Shown: piece after piece, positions 43,701 to 57,452 of the stretch
Position numbering within the stretch: position 1 is the first letter of the stretch
Layout: each line of letters starts with the position of its first letter
DNA from: Blastocystis sp. Blastoise
Lineage: Eukaryota; Protista; Bigyra: Opalinata
DNA length: 64,000 nucleotides
Assembly (NCBI GenBank): GCA_039096225.1
Contig: JBBPEB010000013.1
Span: 1,488,001-1,552,000, forward strand
Reading direction: 5' to 3'
The notes under the pieces: model-generated
The model's database searches: none
The model's input: only the letters and a program-made list of their open reading frames with translations
Told to the model about the DNA's origin: nothing
Program-made: the position numbers and the translations under genes

Positions 43701-46700
43701 TTTATTTTCAGATGATACAAAACGTATATAAGAATTTTCATTAGTATTTAATCCAGAAAGACCAATACCTTCTAATATTAAATTATTATCTTGAGAAACA
43801 AATATACGATTAGGAGTTATTTTAGTAACAGAAGGATAATTACAAGTAAGAATTGTTTCACTAACTTTAATATATTTATTTTGATTCTTAAAATGATAAC
43901 ATATTTGTCCAGAAAGTGGAGTAGTAAAAGTAATAATAGAACCATATTGATCTTCATTATTAATAGAAAGAGTTGTAATATAATAAATATCACTAATATA
44001 TTTAGTTTCATCAGAACAATCTTGATAACTTGTTATAAATACAAATGAATCACCTTCTTCAATACCAGAACCTGTAAATAATAAAGATTTAGGGAAATTT
44101 ACAGCAAATTCAATATTTGTTTCATCAAATAAATTAATAGAACGAACACTCATTTTAGCTCTAGTAATAGTACGACCAGATAATCCACTAAAAGAATAAC
44201 ATATTGTCATATCAATACCATTAGGAATATTTTCACTTGATATACCAAAACCATTATCATAATTATTTATATTAATATATTTATCTTCAGATATATTTTC
44301 ACAACCAAGTTTTTCATTATCAAATGATATCTTATCATTTATACTTAAACCAATACCATAAATATATATTATTTGTTTTGTATTTTCTAATATATCAAAA
44401 GGTATTATATTAGATATAATAGGTTCTTTTACTTCTATTATAAATTTAGACATAGTTGCAACATTATCAATATTATTAAATTTATAACATAATTTATATT
44501 GACCAATATCACCATTAAATATTTGATTAATAGAATAATTTTCATCAAGTTTATTTAATATAATATTATTATTACATTCATCATTTATAGGAATAAAAGC
44601 AGCTTCATCATTTTGAGATAATATATATCCATTAAATGTATATTTTTGAGATGATCCAATAGGAATTTCTTTAAGACCTTCAACACTAGTAATATCATAA
44701 ACAGATGCTTCATACCAAGAAATATACATCCAATTATTATTTCTATATAAACATAAAGAATATAATCCTTGTTCATTAAATGTAACACTTCCTGACATAG
44801 AACAAACACCTAATGTACTTTGAATACCAGCTTTAGTACAATCAATTTCTATATTAGAATTAGATGATATATTTTGTTCTTCTTGTTTAATCCATTTAGT
44901 ATAAATAGGAGAACCAATATTATTATCTTGACATTCAGTAGCTTTTATTCTCATTTCAAATATACGAGTAAATTCACCACCTTGATTAGAATTAATCTTA
45001 AATCTATATAATTTACCATTAGTACGGAAAGCATTATGATAAAGTAATGAAGAAATATAACCAGGTTCATTTACTTTATTAAATTCAATAGTAACAATTT
45101 CTTTCCATAATAATAAATTACCATATAATGATGATTCTAAAGTAATTGATAAAGGATCTAATTGAGTACCAGTAAGATAAATATCAAATGAAGAAATAGA
45201 CATACAATCATTAAATTCTACAATAAACCAATGAGGATAATTAATATCATTATTATTACAATTATTTATATTTATACCATTATTATTATTATTATTATTA
45301 TTAATTGAACCAAATATAAGACCAGTTTGTTCATTATGATCAAATAAATTACTAACTGAACCAGATAATCTAGAACTTAAATGATCACAATCATCATAAG
45401 TAATAGGTTGTTTTTCAATACCAGGACAAGTATTTGTATTACCTTGAATAAATGATAAATCAATATTATATTCATTATTAGCAACAAAAATTAGTGTATC
45501 ACTAAATGAAGTAACTTGAAGATTTTCATATATAATATATTTAGAATAATTTATAAATTCATAACAAATATATAAATTATTATAAACACCATCTATAGTA
45601 ATACTTGACATAGAATTTATAACTATACTAGAACTTAAAATATCATTACATGTATAATCTTTTGTAATATAAACAATATCATTATCTTGTATACCAATAC
45701 CATTAAATGTTAAACTAATAGGCATTTTAGATATAGCAACAAAATCATTAATAGATTCAATACCTATAACAGTCATATCAAATATAGAAACTTTACCACT
45801 ATAACCATCATTAGTATATATATAAGCAAAAGTCTTAGGAGTAATAATATCATAAGAAACAATAGATTCTTTCATTTCAATACTACCACATATAATATTA
45901 TTATCATTAATAAATTTAACTGATTCAATAAATGAATATTTAGAATTAAGTATAATATTTTCTGAAGAACCAACTATACCCTTAAAATGATATATATTTT
46001 CATTATTATTATTATTATTAGAAATATAATAAATACAATTATTATTATTATTATCAAATATAGGAGTTGAAGCATTATCATAATCAATAAAATCTACAAA
46101 TAAACATGCTTTACCAATAAATTCAATACTATTATCAGTAGTAAATGTTAAAGTCATACTACTAGTAGTTGATTGAACGCTCTCGGTTATACTCATAATT
46201 TTATTATGTGTTTCATTATCTAATATCCAATAAAATTGTAAATTAGATAATGTAAACGAACCATAAACACTGACCTTAAAGGTTTCTAAATAATTAGAAT
46301 CTACGATAAAATCAAATTGGTCATCAGATTTAGCATAAGATGATATTGAATTTAATTTATAATCGTTGTTTATGATAACATAATCCATATCTTCACTCTT
46401 ATAACATATAACATATTCACCAGAATAATGAAGAATAATATTATAAATAATATATTTTTCATTATTATATTCAATATTATATATTTCAGATTCAGACATT
46501 TTACAATCATGATATGTATCAGCAAGATTTTTATTTAAAAATTTTATTTTATCATTTTCTTTAATACCTTCACCTTCAACTTCAACTAAAGGATATATAG
46601 AATCAGTTAAAATATTATTTATAGATAAACCATTAAATGATACAAGATTAATATATTTACCAGTATTAATAGTATTAGATAAACTAGGAATACTATAACA

Positions 46701-49700
46701 AATATATAATTGTTTATTTACATTATCATTAATAGTTACAGTAAAATAATATTCTAAATTAATATTTTCAACTAATGTTTCATATATAGGATTATCACAA
46801 TTTGATGAACTTTGAACAAGTTTTATACTATCATGAGTATCAAATCCATTACCACTTAAATATATTCTTGTAGAAGCAGTAATAAATATAGAACTAGGTT
46901 GAATTTCTTCTAAATTAAAAGCATAAACTTGTTTAGTACTTGTAGGTATTTGTTTAATACGACAACCATCATAATTTTCAATTGACATACAATATTCTAT
47001 AATATATATACCACTATCAATTGATGTAGTTTCTACTTTTATACTAACTTGAGCATTAACATTATTATTACTATTTGATAATATAGAAGGATTAATCCAT
47101 TCAGTTACTTTATTACTAGATAATTCAGAATCAATTAAACGAATCTTATCATTTGAATTTATACCAATACCATTAAATGAAAACATACTATTATAACCTT
47201 TTATTAATCTATTTTGTGTAAATATAGGAAGTGAACGATAATTTAATATTATAGAAGAATCTAAAATATAATCAACAATTGTATTTTGACTTGATTTCTT
47301 ATATAATGTACAAATATTAAGCTTATTATTTATTATAGAAGGTGATTTACCATCATAAATAAGTTCATATTCATAGGTATCACTTGAAGCACTATAAATA
47401 TTACTATTTATAGTATTACCTAATATTATATTATTTTCATTATCTTTTATACAAAATTTAAATTCATCAATATAAGTATTAAATTCTAATAACATTGTAA
47501 GATGTTCACCTTCAATTAAAGTATTACTATAAGAATTAACCATACCAAAAACATCTAATTGAATATTCTTATATGGAACATAATAATTAGAATTTTCAAA
47601 TTTATAACATAATATTAAATTAGAATAAGATTGTTTAGTAGCACTAAATATAAATTTATTATCTATACATTCAGATTGTATAATACTATTATCAAAATTA
47701 CAATTCATAGTAGATTCTATCCATTTCATTATTTCACCATTTTGACTATTATTTACTATAATATTAAAATCATTATCTTTACTAGCATAATAATTATTCT
47801 CAAATAATAATGATTTTTCATTAAATGTAATTGTATTAAGAGATATCCATTCATTATTTATAAAATAACAAACATGTCCATTTATAAGTTTATTAATATT
47901 AATAGTAGTACTATCATCAATAATATAATCAAAATATACTTTACCAGGTAATATTTGTACAAGAGTACTACGAATTATAGGATTACCTGTTGTTGTACAT
48001 TCATCATCTTGTTCAACAATTTGAATCATTTCATCATTATATATACCAACAGTACCAATAAATGACATTGATAATTGTTTTTCATTATTATTCATAATAT
48101 CAACTATAGGATAATTATCACTTAAAGATTGAATAGTAATTGTATCATATAAATTAATAAAAATATTATCATAACGAATATAAGATCCAGATGTAGTATA
48201 TTTATAACATAAAATTACTTTATTTCCATTATAACTACTAAATCTATATTACTATTACTATAATAATGATTATTTTGTTTAATTATATTATATTCAGTAT
48301 GTATAGCATCACAAGTTTCACTTTCTAATATAAATTTAAACATATTATTATTACTTAAACCAAAACCTTCAATTTCTAAATTAGTTTGTTTAATACTATT
48401 TTCAGAAGGTAATAAAAGTTGTTTATACCATGAATTAATATCTAATTTTGATATATCAGAAACCATAATTAATTTAGAATAAACTATATCACCATATATA
48501 CTAATATAATGTAAATCATAATTACCACCATATATTAAATTAAATGTACCACTAAAAGAATCACCTATAATAATAGTATCACTAATATAATCAGAATTAT
48601 CACAATTAACAAAATAAACTTGATCTAATGAAGTCATAAAATTTTCAGGAGCATCAAATGTTAATGAAAAAGATTCACCAGCAATAAAACTAGTAGGAGG
48701 ATTAAGTAATGTTATACCACCTAATACATTTAATATATAACTATTTAATAAAACAAAATTATCTTCAGGTGTAAAACGAGCACATATATTATATTTACCA
48801 TTCTTACTAATAGTAATAGATTTTGAAGCAGTTCTTAAATCAACATTATCTTCACAATTATTACTTGTTATAAATTTAAATATAGGTAATGTATTAAAAC
48901 CACTAATATATGTAAATTGTTCAAATAAATATGTAGATCCTTGTACAAATGTTGATGTCTTAGGTTCAATTATTACTTCATTAAGATAAACAATAGATTG
49001 ACTATTTATTTTATGTATTTCATCATAATAACCACAAATATATAATGGTTTATTATAACCTTTAGTAAATGATAAAATATATAATCCATTATTATTATTT
49101 ATTTGTACATCAGAATAAGATATTAAACAATCTTCATATTCAGATAAATAAACATTTAAAGTATATAATTCAGAACTTTCTATAGATATACTTCCTGTAT
49201 TTACTTGATTAACAATAAAACTATAAGTATTTTCACCAACATTCATTAATTCTTCATCAATAGATATTAATGATGTTCTAAAATATATAATAGATCCTAT
49301 AGGTTTATAACAACCAATTAATACACCACTTGTAGTAAAAGGATAATCAGTCATAACTTCACCATTTATAACATCAAAAAGAACTTCTACAGAATTACAT
49401 GATTTTGTACGACTAACAAAACCTATTGTACCATTTAATAAAGTAGCACTAATTATTAAAGGACTATCTAATTTCATATTAGCCATCCATTCACTCTTAT
49501 TAAGAATTACATCATTATTATTTATAGATATAAACTTTTGATTTATATCATAATATATATTATAATCAACAGAATAACAAATCTTATATGTACCAACAGC
49601 AATATTCATATTTTCATTAGTTGATACTAATTTATCATATAAATAAGAAGGATAAGTTATATTAACTAAATTAAATAAATAACCATCTTCATTACAATTA

Positions 49701-52700
49701 TTATTATTTAAAACTAATTTAATAGAATCAGTATAACTAGCAGAAAATATAGATGTTAATATACTAAAAATAACATTTTCAGTATTAGATGTTACAGTAG
49801 GTTCTAAAGATACAATATTTCTTACTGATAATTTAATATTATTTATTTCATAATAATCATTATGAGAACTAAATTTATAACATAAATGATATTGTTCATT
49901 ATTAGCATTTTCAAATAATACATTTATACTATTATTAGAATCTAAAGAATAAATAGTAACATTTTCATCACAACTTAATTGAACAAACTTTAATTCATCA
50001 TTTATATTAAGATTTAATCCATTTAATATAATAGAAGTAATTTCATTAGTAAATACTATATTTCTAGAAATACTATTTATAGAACCAAAACTAACATGAG
50101 CATTATCTATATGTTGAATAGCAGTATTACCAACTTGAACACAATAAGTATATTCACCATCAAAAGCTTCTGTAAATAATAATTTTGCATGTAATGTTAA
50201 ACCATTTAATTCACTTTCTAATTTTTCTAATTCAGAACTAATATCACATGTAGTCTTTGTAATATATACACTAGATATTTCATTAACATAATAAAATGGA
50301 CCTTCAATAGAAATATAATAAGGAGTATTTAATAATACAGTAGTACTTATAGGATTTATAGAAACACTTAAAGACTTAATAATTACAACACTTTCAGGAA
50401 TATTAAATCTTTCTTCATAACTAGGTATTTCTAAACATACAACTACATTATTATACATTGTATTAAATATTATATTATTAAATGTCCAAATAGAATTTAA
50501 TTCTATAGAATCTGTTATTTCATTTATTAATTCACCATTATTACAATTATTCTGATAAAATGATAATTTCATATTTTCTTCAGCTATATCACCAATAACT
50601 TGTACAGATGTACTTACTTGAGGTACAATTGTAATAGGCTTCTTATTTGCAATATATATATATTTAACATTAAATATATCTTGTAATTTATATAAAATAG
50701 ATTCACTAGAATGTTTATAACATATAACTCTATTATCACCTCTCATTAAAGTAATTAAAGTACTATATTCATTATTTTCATTCTTTGTAATAATAAAAGC
50801 ATTACGTTTAATACTAGAACAATCATTTTCACCATTATCTAATACATATATTATATCTTGTTCAGATATAATTGAACTTGTAATTGTTATCATCTTAGGT
50901 ACATTTTCAATAAATAATGTATTTGATAAAGTAATAGAATCAATTGTATTTACAGCAATTGTAGATTGAACATAAACATATTCATTAGATAATTTATTAA
51001 ATTGATAACAAATATCATAAATACCATTATTTTCTATATTTAAAGTAAAACGACTAATATTATCAATTATTGAAATAGGATAAATAATACCATTATCATT
51101 ATCATTATTATTACAATTATGATTATTATCAGAAATAATAAATTTTATATGATCACTATTTGTTATACCATAATAATTATTAAATGTAACAATAGTATCA
51201 ACATCTTTTATAAAACTTATTTGAGATAAATTACCCATAGATAAAACAGATAATTTAATATTAATAGGTAATAAAATAGATGATCCAATAAATTTATATG
51301 TAATACTAGCATCTTCTAAATAATTATTAAGAGAAATTGTAGCTTGACCTACTTTACCATTATTACTAGATACAATATTATATATTTTATTAAAACCATT
51401 ATTACTACTTATAGTAATAATATCATCATTAGATATATGATTACCATTAAATTCAATAACAAAAGAATTATACATACTTTCATATCTATTTATTTCACCA
51501 TCATATATAGAATTACCAACTCTTAAATTTAATTGATAATCAATATATTGATTAAGATATGTAGATTTATAACATAATTTATAATTACCAGCATTAGGAA
51601 TATTAATAATAACACGTTTATTTAATATATTATACTTATATAAAACAGTAGAAGTACAAGATTCATTAGGTTCAACAAATAAAACTTCATCATTATTAAT
51701 AATATAATCAGCATTAAAAAATAATATCTTATTATAATTAGCAATAGCAAAATCAATAACTTCACCTTCATTAGTACTAATAATATCAGTATCTAAAATA
51801 GATAAATTAAATATATCAGGATAAGAAACATATATAGGAGTATTTTGAGTATCTTGCATCTTAACACATAATTTATAAGTAACAGATTCAGAAGTAAAAT
51901 ATATATTATCTACTTTACCATTACAAGAATTTATCATTCTTTCAGGATTAACTTGAATAACAGAATCAGCAGAACAATCTTCATCTAAAGAAACATATTT
52001 TATTGTATGTATATTTTGTTCTTCATTACATAATTCATCATTAATTATACCAGGACCATAAAAAATAATATTTAATGAATCAATACCATTTTCTTTTTGT
52101 TGTTGTTTTTCTATACGAATAGGACCATAAACAGAAATAGTATCAGGTAAAAGTGTATATATATTTGAATTCTTAAATTTATAACAAATAGAATAAGAAG
52201 TAGAAGGAACACATGTTAATTCAGTTAATCCATTAGAACCAACAGTATTAATACCACAACCACCAATATCAGAAAGACAATCATCTTCATTATTAATATT
52301 TGATATTAAACGTACTTCATCACCTTCCATACCATTTGTAAATATAATAGAAGTAGGTATATATGCATTAAATGTATTTATAGAAATAGAATCAATCATA
52401 AGAGAATCCATAGTAATACCAGGATAAGATATCCATCCTTCACCACGGAAATTAATACATAATCTTAAATTCTTAGCAGATGTAGTAAATTTAAATGTAG
52501 CTTCTATATTAGAATCAATAGTCTTAATATTATTTTCATCATTAACAGCATGTTCTTCAATACATGTTAAATCATAAGGTACCCACATAGCTAAATCACC
52601 AACTTGAGCATTAATAGCTAAGAAATGAACAGTTATATCATGATTAACAACAGCAGATATACTACCAGCAGCATGAGTATGATAACCATATAAATCTACT

Positions 52701-55700
52701 ACAGTTATAAGAATATGACTCATTAAAATATATTCATTATTTTGTTTATAACAAAGAGCTATTTCTGTTCCAGGAATATTAAAAGTAAAAGTAGCTTTTA
52801 ATTCATTATTTAAAGTAGTTTCTTGAGAACCATGTAATGTTTCACTAATATTACTATCACAATCATATATACCATTTACTTTACCAATAAATTTTACATA
52901 ATCTCCTTGTTTAAGATTAATACCAGTAAATTGAATTGTTTTAGATTGATCACCAACAAATATACCTTCAGTTATTTCAGATACACCAAATGATGAAATA
53001 ACTATCGATTCATATAAAGTCCATGAACTTAAATAAGATATACAGAACTTTAATGTAGAAGAAGGTACATTCTTAGAAGTAAATATAGCAGAAACAGTAT
53101 TAGTATTAATACGACTAACTTCAGAATTAATACCATTTTCATTACAATTATTAGAAACTAATTTAATAAAAGGTAATTGTTCAGGAACAAATGCAGGAGA
53201 AGATAATATATATGTATTGGTTTGACCAATAGAGTAATAGTTATTATTATTGATATTATCAATAGTAAATTCTTGTACTGTAACATAATCTAAACCAATT
53301 CTTTCAGAAAAAATTGCTGATTTATAACATAATAAATAATCACCATTATTAGAAATAATAAGATTACTATTTAAAATCACTTTATCATCAGTAAGAATTG
53401 AATTATGTACATTACCTACATTAACACTTGCTATAATTGTAGACGATTCACAATTATCTTCAGAATTTACAGCATAAATCATATCAGAAACACTTAATCC
53501 ATAACCTTCAATCGTAACCTCACCAACAACCGTACTCACAAACGTACCAAGATTAAGTGTTTCAATATAAGATATACTAAGATCATAACTATCATAAAGA
53601 ATCCATGCAATATTTGCAAATTTATAACATAAATGAGCATTCGTAAAATAACTATCATATTGCATCTCAACTTCTTTAGACTCAGTTAACATATATACTT
53701 TACCTTCAATAGCATTTTCTATATCACATATAGAACCATCTTTTACATACATAAATTGATCTTCAACAGAAGAACCTTCACTAGTAAATGTTTGTGTAAA
53801 AGGAATACCTTTATAAGCATTATGAATACTAACACTATTCAATCTTGAACCTATTGTTTCAATAATCTTATTAAAAGGAACAATTTGTTGACTATCCATA
53901 TAATTAATAGAAAACGAATAAGATCCAGTAATAGGAATTAGAATATCAGAATAATATTTACCATTTAAAGCATAAACATTAAACGAATAAATAGTAGGTT
54001 CACCTTCAGTTACACTTTCAACTAAATTAACTTTAATATTCTCAGATAAGTTAATACCTTCAAGTGTATAAGTTGAATAGATACCAGTAGGAATATTATC
54101 AGATCCAGTAATACTTAAAACATATTGTACTTTCATAAAAATAGAATAATTAGAAAAAGATTCTTCATTACCAATCTTTACACACATCATCCAATTATTC
54201 ATATTTTCAGTAAAAGTAGCAACAAAAGAAGTACATCTATCAGTACTTATAAGAATTCTATTAACATCTTCACAATTAGAATCTCTTGGTACAAAAGCTA
54301 AAGTAATCATTTCATTATCATTATTATTATCATCACATGTAACAGGAAGAATACCAGAAGTAGTTAAACTAAAAGTATTTTCAACATTAGCAACTGTATA
54401 CATAGGAGATAATGAAAGAATACCACGAATACCAAGAGTAAGAGTAGTATAAGCTTTCCATTGAATACCATCAACAGAATAACAAATATAATATGAAGAA
54501 GCTAAATCAGAAGTATAATCAAAAGTAATATCAAAGGAATCACTATCAAGAATTGTAGTATAAATCTTAGAATTACAATCCTTACTAAAAGGAGCAAATC
54601 CAACAGTATCACCTTCTGAAGCACCAGTAAGTACAATAGAATTAACTCTACCAATAATTAAACTATTAAAATCATTAACAACTTTAACAGAACTAACTTC
54701 AATAACTTGGAAAGAATACTTCAAAGAAATTTGTTCACCAGATGAAAAAGTATAACACATATATATCTTAGGATAAGCATTACTAAATGATAATTCAACA
54801 TAAGAATCTTCATTATTAAGAGTAACAGAATAAGAAGTAATTTGGTCAGCACAACCTTCAACAGAAGAAACTATAAGCTTATCATTTGATGATAAAGTTT
54901 TTCCTGATGAAAATGTTATAGTCTTATGATCACCAACCAATATCTTATCATTTATAAATGTATTATAAGTTAAACCAACAGTATTAACTTGAATAGAAGT
55001 ATCAATCCATTCATCAATATTATCATATTTATAACACATCTTTACAAGAGGAGCTATAATTTGAGAAATAGTAACATCAGCTTTAAATAAACCATCTTGT
55101 TCATCAATATATATAGTAAATTGTTCATTACTAGCATTACAAGTTTCATCTTGTTTAACAAATGAAATTTGTTCACCAGCATGTAAACCATATCCTTGAA
55201 TAGTAACAGTCTTCTTAGAATTTTGTATTAATTCATTAGTATTCAAAGATTGAATTCTTCTTAAATAGATAACAATATTACGATAATTAACATCAACATT
55301 ATTATTTGCATGTTGATAAGCAACAAAAACGGAAGTAGCACCAGAAAGAGAAGTTTCATCTATAGTAAAAATAGGATTACCATTAACAAAAGATACAAAA
55401 TCACGACCTATTAAAACAGAATCGCAAGCATCATTTAAAGAAGATGGTAAACAAAGATTAGCAAAATCTCTTTCATTAAGACCTAAACCAGACCAATTAA
55501 ATTGAGTAGGTTGACCTAAGAAATAGTTAGCAGAATTATAAGTAATTTCTTTAGTAGATTTAAGCCAACGAAGATCTAATTTATTCTCATCACCAGATTT
55601 TAATACACATTCATGTTCTTCTCCATCCACAAAACATAAGCAAGGATAGAAACTAACAGATAAAACAGTATCATCCGAAAAAGGTTGTAAATTAACATTA

Positions 55701-57452
55701 GCAGCATTGTTACTAATAACATAACCATTAGCGAAGTTAGCATAACATTGGGCAAGAGTTTGAGCAAACACAAGTCTATCACCATCAGAAATACCACTAC
55801 CAGAAATAATAACAGAACTCGTATAACCAACAAGGAAAGTTCTTCTATTTAAACCAGTAAAATCTTTAACAACAAGTGATTGTTGTATAGAAGATATAGT
55901 ATTATCTGCGAAAGAAACACAAATAGGATAACTTAAATCATCTTCAAGTCTTCTATTCATATTCATTTCAACACCATTATCAAATATAGAAGCTTCTTTT
56001 TCTATAAGAATATGTACCATATTATCAGTCTTAACATCGTTAATACATAATGAAGCATATTCAGCTTGATTAGTAAACGTACTTAAAAGAACGTGTTGAG
56101 AACCAATAGAACAAGGATAAAAAGAAATATGATTAACATCATAAATCTCATTCTTAACAATAGTACTTGCAGGCATATTCTTACAAATATTCTTAGGACA
56201 AGAAAAAGCAGCATCTATAACTTTATCCATTACACTATAATGTAAACGAAGTTTTAAAGGATTTTTATTCTTAAAAGTAATATCCCATAAATAGCCATTT
56301 AAATCTTCTTCGAAATAGCTAGACTCAGTAATAATAACATCATATCCAAAACCATTAAACATTTGAATCATCTCAGAAGTAGATGAAACAAAAGAAACAG
56401 GAACAATATTATTATCAATTTCTAAAGCAAAAACTGAAGCTTCTAAGAGTGACTTTTCAGATTGTTTTGAAGCAAATCCGAAAACAAACTTAGTAGCATC
56501 GACACTTTCACTTTTAGAACAAGTCGATTTACGAGAATCAATCCAATAAATTTCATTCTTACCATTTACATCATAATTATCATTAGCCAGTTGATAACCA
56601 TGAAGTTGAATTTCTGATATCTCAGTTACTTCAGGATTACCCCAATTGCTTGAGGCAACAATCTTAAAGTATCTACCAATAACAGTATGAACCTCAGTTA
56701 AATGAGATAAAATTCTCCAACCTTCATTATTATCATTTGCTTCATAAGAAATCCATTGATTCCAAGGACCATAAACAGAATCCAATGAATAATAGATTGT
56801 GAAATTCTTAATAGAAGCAGCAGAACGGTCGTTCCAAATCTTTAAATCATCAACAACTGAAGGGTTTTCTAAATCAAAAACAATCCAATTATTGAGACCT
56901 TCACATACTTTACAAGAAGCATCGTTACAATCGGAAGAATAACTTCTAGCGTCGTCACAAGATTTATTAGATCCTGATAAACAACCAGAACATTTTCTAC
57001 CATAACTAGCTTGGTTATAAAGATAATGCTTACCATAAGCATCTTCTAAGACTTGGCAATTTTCTTCACCATAATCGCATCCATTTTCAGCAGTTCTATG
57101 AGACCATACAAACTTGGTAGAAACGGCTCTATCAAATATGGAATAAACGTGACCACTAAAATAAGGAACAGGACGGGAAGCATGACCATCGCTTCCAAAT
57201 CCCCACTTAGACGTCGATTCGGCAAGAGGTCCCCAAGATTCTCTTTCGAAATCACTAGGAAACCAATGAGGAACACTCATACTTTTAGGGCAAGAAACGT
57301 GTACATCGTTGAAGATAAAAGGAGATACCTGACCCACCTTTAAGGCACCAGACGCACACCAAGCGAAAAAAGCAATAAAACTATAAAAACAAAATATTAA
57401 AATTTTTTAGAAATATATTAATAAAAATATTTATAAACAAATAGAAGAGCAT
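22797..57452 (-). CDS. Giant (~11,530 aa) type-I membrane/surface protein: signal peptide, ~100 Ig/IPT-like Cys-paired repeats, ~7 discoidin (F5/8C)/CBM32-like domains, TM helix, acidic cytoplasmic tail; one 1-nt frameshift at ~48241
   Basis: Exon 1 (57452-57439, ATGCTCTTCTATTT), a 58-nt GT-AG intron (57438-57381) and exon 2 give MLFYFFIAFFAWCASGALKV. The 3040-aa and 8432-aa ORFs share the repeat (G.G...D.vkFv...C...yklCYkF) and join if one T is added at 48240-48242. TM IIIIFIIIILLLTLIVFIVILTFY is followed by CRR at ~23735-23815. The repeat count is estimated from length/period. Confidence 0.88.

Noticed and set aside
22797-57452. Alternative genetic code or stop read-through to explain the split gene
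   Set aside because: The two ORFs are in different frames, and TAA acts as a normal stop in all gene models.
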